A DNA stretch of 64,000 nucleotides, from contig CAXXDQ010000003.1 in NCBI GenBank assembly GCA_963664325.2, forward strand, positions 192,001 to 256,000. The letters are read 5' to 3'. The notes under the pieces are model-generated. The model saw nothing but the letters and a program-made list of their open reading frames with translations. It was not told where the DNA came from and did no database searches. The translations under genes and the position numbers were made by a program. Shown in pieces: positions 56,579-64,000 of the stretch. Position 1 is the first letter of the stretch; the number at the start of each line of letters is the position of its first letter. Source of the DNA: Desulfomonilia bacterium. GTDB taxonomy: Bacteria > Desulfobacterota > Desulfomonilia > UBA1062.

Positions 56579-56770
56579 CTAAGCCTGCTCAGGAAGGATA
56601 TTCTTAATACGTTCAAGCAGGCCAATAACAAGCTTGTCCCGCTCTTTGAGAATGTCTTTGAATTCAAAAGTCCGGGCATGATGCAATTCGATTCTTGTTA
56701 CTACTTCTTCCTTTTTTAATAACATGCTGATAAGGCCAAGTTCTTCTTTACTGACTTCAAGATTTAACAT
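56579..56770 (-). CDS. Small hypothetical protein
   Basis: AAGGAG RBS, 63 aa helical sequence, directly downstream of lysR. Confidence 0.65.
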   Translation of the reverse strand: MLNLEVSKEELGLISMLLKKEEVVTRIELHHARTFEFKDILKERDKLVIGLLERIKNILPEQA

Positions 56771-56815
56771 GGATTACTCCTTATCAAACAATATTTATGG
56801 ATCTGTTTCTAGATC

Positions 56816-57739
56816 CTATTCTTTTATCCTGTCTTTGGCTTCAAGCATAAACTCATAGAATTTATTCATCATTGACATAAATTTGCGTTTCTTATTGTAT
56901 ACAATAAAAAATTCCCTGTGGGCATCAAGACCTTTAACGGTCAGTGCCGACAATGTACCATCCTTGACCTCTCTATTAACTACGCTTCTTGACAGAATGG
57001 CGACTCCAAGATTTGCTTCAACTGCTGCCTTTATTGCCTCGGTACTTGTCAGTTCCATGGCAATCTTGGCTTCAAAACTGTATTTCCTGGCCATGTAGTC
57101 AATAATGTCCCTGGTTCCTGAACCTTCTTCTCTGGCGATAATTTCAACAGGTTCTTCCTTGATCTTTTCAACAGTCAGATATGGAAGTTTTGCCCATTTA
57201 TGTTTATTTGAACAGATAATGACCAGTTCATCCTTCATGAAGAATTCTGATTCAAGGTCGGGATGCTTTGGTATCATCTGCACAAATGCAAAGTCAATCT
57301 CACCTGAGAGAACCTGATCCGTTGCCTCCTGTCTGTTTAACGAGTGCATCGATATTTCGGCCTTTGGATATAGCTCTTTAAATTCTCCAAGGAATCGTGG
57401 AAGTATATAAATACCTATAGTGTTGGGAGCCCCAATGGTAATCTTTCCCTTGTCACCGCTCCCGAACTCGCTCATGACCGCCTTGGTTTCTTCTATGAGG
57501 GATATAATTTTTACAGCGTAATTGTAAAAAACCTGGCCTGCATCAGTCAGTGATATTTTCCGGCTTATTCTATCAAACAGCTTTACATTAAGCGAGTCTT
57601 CAAGATCCTTTATCTGAATGCTTACCGAAGGCTGGGAGAGGTGGAGCTTTTTTGCAGTTTTGGTAATGCTTAGAGTTTGAGCAGCCATGTAAAATATTCT
57701 TACTTGATGAATATTCACTTTTCCTCCAAACAGAGCCAA
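56816..57739 (-). CDS. LysR family transcriptional regulator (CysL/CbbR-like)
   Basis: SITKTAKKLHLSQPSVSIQIKDLE HTH, REEGSGTR and STEAIKAAV motifs; start could be the GTG following a GGAGG RBS. Confidence 0.92.
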   Translation of the reverse strand: MALFGGKVNIHQVRIFYMAAQTLSITKTAKKLHLSQPSVSIQIKDLEDSLNVKLFDRISRKISLTDAGQVFYNYAVKIISLIEETKAVMSEFGSGDKGKITIGAPNTIGIYILPRFLGEFKELYPKAEISMHSLNRQEATDQVLSGEIDFAFVQMIPKHPDLESEFFMKDELVIICSNKHKWAKLPYLTVEKIKEEPVEIIAREEGSGTRDIIDYMARKYSFEAKIAMELTSTEAIKAAVEANLGVAILSRSVVNREVKDGTLSALTVKGLDAHREFFIVYNKKRKFMSMMNKFYEFMLEAKDRIKE

Positions 57740-57814
57740 TTTTATATATTTTTATTTAATTAACTCATAGGAGAAATGTATTTGACATCTGTTTAATAAT
57801 CCTTATATATGATT

Positions 57815-57896
57815 ATAAGCTATAGCACAAGTCTATGGGCTATAGACCTCCTTTTTTAGGCCCACTACCACCTTATTGAGTGGGCCCTTTTTTTTT
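57815..57896 (+). ncRNA. Candidate small RNA or attenuator leader
   Basis: TTGACA at 57782; hairpin ctatagc/gctatag; unpaired ACCUCCUU; terminator ggcccact/agtgggcc followed by T9. Confidence 0.45.
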
Positions 57897-57905
57897 GCTA
57901 TTTAG

Positions 57906-58613
57906 ATGATAATGAAAAAAAAGGCCGGATTCAATGTACCGTTTGAAATTCTTAAAAGCTTCACGAGCATAAAAAGTAAACCGGAGCAGAAAAAAACGAG
58001 TTTGTCAGTTGCTGAACCGGCGACAGCAAATAATCTATCGAATGAAGATGTTTTTAACATGGCCATGGCAGGTACAAAACGTTTTAAACAGAACAGGATA
58101 ACTCCTGAAGCTGCAAATAAATCGATGCTCTTGGAAAACATAAGTAAGTCCATAAACTCGGAAAATATTGAAGTTCTGAATACTCTGAAGTCTATTGTAA
58201 ACGGCAGTTCAAGGTTTGATATAAGGCAGACGGGAGAGTATGTTGAAGGGCATATAGTTCCACTTGAACCCTTGATAATTGAAAAATTGAAAAAAGGAGA
58301 ACTGGCTGTACAGGCTTATCTGGACCTGCATGGTCTTATGATGGAAGAAGCAAAGGATAGCTTCTCCCTTTTTATCAGGAACAGCTATGCAATAGGGCAT
58401 CGTTGTCTGATAGTTATTCATGGCCGCGGCCTTAAATCCAATGAAGGCCCTGTCCTGAAAAATTGTGTAGTAAACTGGCTGTCTTCAGGGATTTTATCAA
58501 GTTATATTCTGGCATTTTGTTCTGCAAGACCTTGCGATGGTGGTACGGGAGCGGTTTACGTACTTCTAAAAGCAAGGCCTGATAAAAAAAAGAAAATAAA
58601 GAGAACGGCCTGA
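57906..58613 (+). CDS. Smr/MutS2-domain protein
   Basis: LDLHG, VIHGRGLKS and DGGTGAVYVLL motifs. Confidence 0.9.
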   Translation: MIMKKKAGFNVPFEILKSFTSIKSKPEQKKTSLSVAEPATANNLSNEDVFNMAMAGTKRFKQNRITPEAANKSMLLENISKSINSENIEVLNTLKSIVNGSSRFDIRQTGEYVEGHIVPLEPLIIEKLKKGELAVQAYLDLHGLMMEEAKDSFSLFIRNSYAIGHRCLIVIHGRGLKSNEGPVLKNCVVNWLSSGILSSYILAFCSARPCDGGTGAVYVLLKARPDKKKKIKRTA

Positions 58614-58634
58614 AAGGTCATATCAGACCTTGAT

Positions 58635-59558
58635 TCATCTTTGAATTGAAGTGCCCATTTGATAGAGGATTCCGCTAAGAGCCGTTTTCATATTGATGCT
58701 GCTATCCTGCATTGATCTTAATTCATTCAGGGTTCTCGAAATATTATTAAAAAAATTAGAATCCTTAGTAAGTAAAGAAAGTGAAAGGACTTCTTCATTG
58801 ATTACATTACGGCCTCCGAGATAGGCAACAATGAAATCCCTTATGAAAGATTCAATGAGCGATAATGCGATTGAGATATCACCGTCTTTTCTGGTTATGG
58901 ATTCTGCAGCGCTGAAAGGGTCACTTCCGTTCAGGGTATCGATTATTTTGTTTCTTATGAAATTTACATAATCCACATCACTGTCAACTAGACCTCCGAT
59001 AGCACCGGACGTCAGCTTCAGGATGACCGGATCAATATTCAGTTCTGTACTGTCGGGGGAAATCGGTTTGAATGTGATTTCTTGGCATCTCGAAATAATT
59101 GTAGGCAGGAGCAGACTGGGTTTATGGCTTATTAAAATGAATATTGTAGTATTAGGAGGCTCTTCAAGAGATTTTAAAAGTATGTTCGCACTGGATTTAT
59201 TCAACGTTTCGGCCGGCTCGATAACAACTACCCTGTACCTGGCAAGAAATGGTTTCAGGCCGAGTTCGTTCAGTATTTTCTTGCGGACATCGTCAACCTT
59301 TATTTCAGAACCATCCGGGACAATTTTAAGCAGGTCAGGGTGGTTTCCACTATCGGCTTTTATGCAACTGCCGCATTTGTCACATGGATCGGCAGGTGAT
59401 GCAGTACAGTTAAGCGCCTTGAAGAATTCAAGGGCTACCATGCTTTTGCCTATCCCCTTCATGCCTGAAAAAAGAAGTGTCCTTGGGATTTTGTCTGTAT
59501 GGATGTAGGATCTCAGCAGGTCAATTTCTCTTGAGTGGCTTATTATATTTTTCCACAT
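58635..59558 (-). CDS. holB: DNA polymerase III subunit delta'
   Basis: LLFSGMKGIGK, C..PC..C.SC Zn module, HPD, ANILLKSLEEPP and LLPTIISRC motifs. Confidence 0.92.
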   Translation of the reverse strand: MWKNIISHSREIDLLRSYIHTDKIPRTLLFSGMKGIGKSMVALEFFKALNCTASPADPCDKCGSCIKADSGNHPDLLKIVPDGSEIKVDDVRKKILNELGLKPFLARYRVVVIEPAETLNKSSANILLKSLEEPPNTTIFILISHKPSLLLPTIISRCQEITFKPISPDSTELNIDPVILKLTSGAIGGLVDSDVDYVNFIRNKIIDTLNGSDPFSAAESITRKDGDISIALSLIESFIRDFIVAYLGGRNVINEEVLSLSLLTKDSNFFNNISRTLNELRSMQDSSINMKTALSGILYQMGTSIQR

Positions 59559-59577
59559 ATTTTATTTTCTGTGTGAG

Positions 59578-61239
59578 TTATCTCAAATCTTTAAGAAGCT
59601 GTCTCCGTTCCTTTGACAGGTCGATAATTTTCTGTTCAACGGCTTCTGTCTGCTTGATGTTGTTGGCTGCAATATAAGCGTCAATGGCATCCTTGACATA
59701 TTTTGCTTTGATTCTTCCATTTTTTGTATCAGCAACCTTTTCCAGGGTACTTGCCAGTATTAAAGCAACATCATAGTCCTGATATTTCCCGAGATATTTT
59801 TTACATGCACTTATAGTTTTTTGAGAGTCATTCAATGCGTAGGAAGATTCAACAAGACCTTTCAGATTTTCCTTTGTTTCTTTTAACCCACTGAGTTTGT
59901 TGAAATACTTATAGGCTTCAGCATTGCGGCCTTGTTTCAGATAAAGGGCAGATATCCTTGAAAGGGCATCCGGGTCCCCGGGCTTTATTTTCAAGAGTCT
60001 GTTATAGGTGTTAAGCGCTCCTTTGGCATTGCCTGCATTTTCATAAGCGACACCAAGGTTGAACATTACAACAGGGTCATTCGGCGACAGGTCCAATGCC
60101 TTTTTATAGTATTCAACCTGGGATTCAGGATCGCCGACGCTACCCATTATCTTTCCCAGCAGAGCGACTGCATTCTTATCTGTCGGATATAAACTGATAT
60201 ATCGTTTTAACAGGGGTTCTGCAGTTTCATAATCTTTTTTCTTGACGGCATCCTGTATGACGGCAACAAGAACCTCTTTGCTGGTGGATTCATATGAAAT
60301 GGATTTGAATAGCTCAATGGCCTTTGCCTTATCGCCTTTTTCTTCATAGGCTCTACCCAGTTCGAGCAAAAGCGCGCTGTTGGTCCGGTCAATAAGAAGG
60401 CCGTCTTGGAGATATGATATCTTTTTGTCAAGGTCAGACCTGGCCCCGGCGGTCAGGGCAAGCCTGTAATAGGTTGAGGCTGTTTGCCTGTTACTGTTTA
60501 TTATATTTAAATTAAGTTTTTCGGCATCATCGAGAAGGCCGAGCCTGATATATATATTTGTCAGCTTTGTTAATATGCTTTCATTGTACCCGTCACTCTC
60601 CAGCTGTTTTTTGTATATGCCAATTAAACCCTGAAGATCGCCTTTTCCAATCAGTGCATCTTCAAGTTGATTTAAGAAAAAGCTGTTTTGAGGAAAAGTA
60701 TTAAATGCGTTTTTCAGTATGGTGATCTGCTCGTTCGTATCTCTGGCGGTTTTAAGCTGTTTTATGAAATCATCTTCGCTTACTTCGATCTCTATTGGGA
60801 CTTTTGCTATGACTCGGCTGATATAATAGATATCAATGGGGATTGATCTGATGCCTGCATTTATCAACTGGTTTCTTATTTCGGATGTGGATATGCTCTG
60901 GTTCAATTCGCTCTGTTTTCCGAAGCCCTCTATATCGGCATTCAAGTAGCATTTGAAAAATGTGTTCGCGTTAACCCCCGTTATTACAAGTTTTTCATTT
61001 CCATGAATAAGGAGTGACTGACCTGCCCTTACAGTTCTTGGTTCATCATTAATTTTGATATCAATGGATATAAATCTGGGGGGGGTCCTTAAAATAAATG
61101 ATATGACAGACTCCCTCACCTGTCCTACTGATCCCCCAACAGGCAGGATAAAAAATAGTGTTATCAAAATAACAGCCAGGATCAGGATAATTATCAATAT
61201 ATTTCCGGTACCGTTCCTGTTTATATTCCTCATATTCAT
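59578..61239 (-). CDS. Membrane-anchored tetratricopeptide repeat protein
   Basis: N-terminal TM; multiple TPR units such as YKKALDLSPND..VMFNLGVAY. Confidence 0.8.
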   Translation of the reverse strand: MNMRNINRNGTGNILIIILILAVILITLFFILPVGGSVGQVRESVISFILRTPPRFISIDIKINDEPRTVRAGQSLLIHGNEKLVITGVNANTFFKCYLNADIEGFGKQSELNQSISTSEIRNQLINAGIRSIPIDIYYISRVIAKVPIEIEVSEDDFIKQLKTARDTNEQITILKNAFNTFPQNSFFLNQLEDALIGKGDLQGLIGIYKKQLESDGYNESILTKLTNIYIRLGLLDDAEKLNLNIINSNRQTASTYYRLALTAGARSDLDKKISYLQDGLLIDRTNSALLLELGRAYEEKGDKAKAIELFKSISYESTSKEVLVAVIQDAVKKKDYETAEPLLKRYISLYPTDKNAVALLGKIMGSVGDPESQVEYYKKALDLSPNDPVVMFNLGVAYENAGNAKGALNTYNRLLKIKPGDPDALSRISALYLKQGRNAEAYKYFNKLSGLKETKENLKGLVESSYALNDSQKTISACKKYLGKYQDYDVALILASTLEKVADTKNGRIKAKYVKDAIDAYIAANNIKQTEAVEQKIIDLSKERRQLLKDLR

Positions 61240-61408
61240 TTAATATCTGTAAAGACTGAAAATTGTCCACCGGTTTTTGTCGAAACCACCTCATTTTGGC
61301 AAAGCCAGCGCATAGTGTCCGGGGCTTTATAAGTTGACAATAAATATATAAGTAATTAGTTTAATTTTTGTCGGCATCAAAATATCTTCTCTTCAATAGG
61401 GGATAAAT

Positions 61409-61984
61409 ATGTATAGGGTTCTTACCGTTGAAATTATCATACCGGTTATTATTATAGCTCTTTGCTCATGTTCGTCAGCAATGAAATCACGGCAGGAAAG
61501 CGTGTCTGGTCAGAAAATTCAGGATAATGAAACGGAATATGCATCACAGCAGGAAATATTAAGTTTCAAAGATTATGATACCAATAATGACAATAAGATA
61601 TCTGTAGACGAATATATCGCTAAACAGCAGGAGATTTTCGATAAGGCGGATAGGAATAAGAACGGAGAAATTGATATTGATAAATTCATAGTCTACTGGT
61701 GCGGTGATGCATCACTGAAGAAAGGTGTTAAAGATCCGACTTTAGGTCCAGTATATCGGGAAATGGACATAAATAAAGATGGAATCATTACTTATCAGGA
61801 ATGCAGTGCCTATTGGCTAAAGATTCTCAACGAAGCTGATTTGGATAAGAACAATAAAATATCAAGATATGAATACAACGCGCTGATGAGGGACCGTTTC
61901 AAGCGTCTTCTGGATGGCCCCGACCAGGACGGACATATTACGAATCAAGAATACGATTCTTTCTGGCCGTACGTGAGGCCGTAA
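61409..61984 (+). CDS. EF-hand repeat putative lipoprotein
   Basis: Signal with ALCSC; [47 protein letters not shown] and [11 protein letters not shown] loops. Confidence 0.8.
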   Translation: MYRVLTVEIIIPVIIIALCSCSSAMKSRQESVSGQKIQDNETEYASQQEILSFKDYDTNNDNKISVDEYIAKQQEIFDKADRNKNGEIDIDKFIVYWCGDASLKKGVKDPTLGPVYREMDINKDGIITYQECSAYWLKILNEADLDKNNKISRYEYNALMRDRFKRLLDGPDQDGHITNQEYDSFWPYVRP

Positions 61985-62010
61985 ATAAAAATTTAACAAG
62001 TGAGGTTAAA

Positions 62011-62424
62011 ATGGCAGGTTCGCTTAATAAGGCAATTCTCATCGGAAGGCTTGGTAAGGACCCTGAAATGAGATTCACCCCCTCGGGAAGGGCAGTGACT
62101 AATTTTACTATGGCAACAAGCGATTACTGGATGGACCAGAACAATGAACGTCAGGAAAGGACTGAGTGGCATAGAATTGTGGCCTGGGGAAAGCTTGCGG
62201 AAACATGTGCAAAGATTTTGTCTAAAGGTAAACTGGTTTATGTTGAGGGCAGGCTGCAGACCAGGGCGTGGGATGACCGTGACGGAAATAAACGCTATAC
62301 AACTGAGATTGTGGCAAATGCAATGCAAATCCTTAGCCCAATGGATAATTCGGAGTCAAGGGATTATAATGATACCGGCACTGTTACTCAGGAACCCGAG
62401 GGATTTGACGATATTCCGTTTTAG
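62011..62424 (+). CDS. ssb: Single-stranded DNA-binding protein
   Basis: [30 protein letters not shown] and C-terminal DDIPF. Confidence 0.97.
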   Translation: MAGSLNKAILIGRLGKDPEMRFTPSGRAVTNFTMATSDYWMDQNNERQERTEWHRIVAWGKLAETCAKILSKGKLVYVEGRLQTRAWDDRDGNKRYTTEIVANAMQILSPMDNSESRDYNDTGTVTQEPEGFDDIPF

Positions 62425-62507
62425 GGTTTAATGTCTATTAAATGTTGAACTTATAATCGGGAAGGGCATGCATTAATACAAGCAATTGTTCCCTGCTTTC
62501 AGTGATT

Positions 62508-63497
62508 TTAATTTTCTGGAATGCTTTCTGTATGCAAAGTGAATGATTCGTCAAATAAAGATATGAATTTGTCAACAATTTCAGGGTCAAGGACGTTTCC
62601 TTTCATGGAGGACAGAATTTCGAGAGCGGTCTCTTTTGAGAATGCGTCGCGGTAAGATCTTTTTGTTGTAAGTGCGTCATATACATCAGCTACAGCAACT
62701 ATCCTTGCTTCTAAAGGGATATTGTCACCCTTCGATCCGAATGGATAACCGTTTCCGTCGAATCTTTCATGATGATACCTTATTATGTTTACTGTAATCT
62801 CAGAGAGGTGAGCATCTTTAACAATGTTGACACCCCATAAAGGGTGATTTTTTATGATATGCAGCTGCGCCTCATCCAATGGACCTTCACCATGCAGAAT
62901 GTTTTCAGATATACCGATTTTACCGCAGTCGTGGAGCCATCCCCCATATTTAATCGCATTGAGGTTCTCGGGTTGAATATCAAGTGCCTGTGCTATCAAG
63001 ATCGAATACTCGGCAACCCTCTCGGAATGTCCTTTTGTATATGAATCTCTTAATTCAAGGGCATGTATGAGGGAAAGCATTGTCGCTTCATCACCTGTCC
63101 TGATCGATTTTTTAAGTTTATAGCGCTTCATGGCGTCGTCTACCATTTCAATCAGAGACTGATTATCCCACGGTTTAACTATAAACCTGAAAGCCTCGGC
63201 TTTGTTTATTGCATCAAGGGCGGTCTGGAGATTGGCGTAACCGGTCATTAAAATACTTACAGTATCAGGTGATATAACGCGTACCTTGGATAGCAGCTCT
63301 ATTCCGGTCATGGTGGGCATCATATTGTCGGATACAAGTACGGCTATTTCATTGTTTTTTACACACTCAAGCGCATCCTGCGCATTCAAGAAGGTAAGAA
63401 TATTGAAACCGCTGTCCTGGAAAATTCTTTCAGCCAGACTTAAAACAAACTTTTCGTCATCTACAAAAAGTATCTGCTCTGACATAATCCCCCGCAA
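62508..63497 (-). CDS. Response regulator with HD-GYP output domain
   Basis: FVDDE, SD..MP, KPW receiver motifs; GHSERV, HDCGK, HHERFDGNGYP. Confidence 0.92.
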   Translation of the reverse strand: MRGIMSEQILFVDDEKFVLSLAERIFQDSGFNILTFLNAQDALECVKNNEIAVLVSDNMMPTMTGIELLSKVRVISPDTVSILMTGYANLQTALDAINKAEAFRFIVKPWDNQSLIEMVDDAMKRYKLKKSIRTGDEATMLSLIHALELRDSYTKGHSERVAEYSILIAQALDIQPENLNAIKYGGWLHDCGKIGISENILHGEGPLDEAQLHIIKNHPLWGVNIVKDAHLSEITVNIIRYHHERFDGNGYPFGSKGDNIPLEARIVAVADVYDALTTKRSYRDAFSKETALEILSSMKGNVLDPEIVDKFISLFDESFTLHTESIPEN

Positions 63498-63617
63498 ATG
63501 TAATTCAATAAACTGTTAATAGCATATTTCCTCCTTTTGCAAAAAAATAAATAAAAATATCTGAAGAATATCTTCATTTGTTTGAAATGGATAGCGGGCA
63601 TATGTTAAAGGTGAAAT

Positions 63618-63956
63618 ATGCGGAATATAGGAGAAATCGTCGCTGTATACATTGATGACAAACCTTCAATATATGCCAGAATTGAGGATTACGAAGCGGA
63701 TGTAAAACCCAGATGGTTCAAGGTTAGAATGCTGTTCCTGACCTTTCCCCCACAGGAAGTGACCTGGATTCTGAGAGAGGGCCAGGTTGATGGCGAACCG
63801 TTCACAATGAATGATATTCCAGTTAAACTTAAAACCGTAAGCAGCCATAACGAAACAACAGACAATGTTAAAACAAAAGCACAGCCTCCCAAAAGATCCA
63901 GTGGCAAGATCATTAGCCTTGCCGAAAGGGCAAAAATTTCCAGAGATGAGAAATAA
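63618..63956 (+). CDS. Conserved-looking hypothetical protein
   Basis: AAGGTG RBS; 112 aa with YARIE...D.KP.W...VTWILR....GEPFTM pattern. Confidence 0.7.
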   Translation: MRNIGEIVAVYIDDKPSIYARIEDYEADVKPRWFKVRMLFLTFPPQEVTWILREGQVDGEPFTMNDIPVKLKTVSSHNETTDNVKTKAQPPKRSSGKIISLAERAKISRDEK

Positions 63957-64000
63957 CCTGTTTGTAACAGGGTGATTTAAATAACGCTCTGTAATTGTTT

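Noticed and set aside
1-64000. Selenocysteine or pyrrolysine readthrough, tRNA/rRNA genes, transposases, prophage genes
   Set aside because: Both broken genes are frameshifts rather than in-frame TGA/TAG, and no such RNA or mobile-element genes were recognised.

Overview
Chromosomal window from an anaerobic diderm bacterium; gene content suggests Deltaproteobacteria/Thermodesulfobacteriota, but taxonomy is inferred, not shown. Left part: sod-pfpI-rpoH-like stress genes, rlmL-like methyltransferase, two divergent OFA-family MFS transporters, beta-carbonic anhydrase followed by a DRTGG/RsbT-like/PHP/HATPase cassette and an HD-GYP protein, icmF-cobO, a cluster of nested palindromic MITE-like repeats, GNAT plus yjhP-like genes, a galM-corrinoid-methyltransferase module (corrinoid gene frameshifted), bioB and recCBD. 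The main result is a ~19 kb locus (35.5-54.2 kb) that combines modE, a system II cytochrome c maturation pair, a GEGP-motif diheme protein with a Cys-less molybdopterin-oxidoreductase-like fold, tonB-exbBD, a TonB-dependent receptor, three tandem paralogous lipoproteins with an unassigned ~300 aa domain on 0, 2 and 1 Ig-like stalk repeats, a phosphoesterase, Mop/TOBE, a TupABC tungstate transporter with a second binding protein, and an HTH-PBP regulator split at an A-AAA-AAG heptamer. ModE-like palindromes lie upstream of three of its transcription units and overlap the predicted promoters of two. This is a candidate undescribed outer-membrane W/Mo (or metal-pterin) scavenging system. Right end: PAS-GGDEF, CDF transporter, LysR, two candidate structured RNAs, smr, holB, TPR and EF-hand proteins, ssb and an HD-GYP response regulator. 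No rRNA, tRNA, CRISPR array or transposase was recognised. All calls are by eye; no database searches were run.
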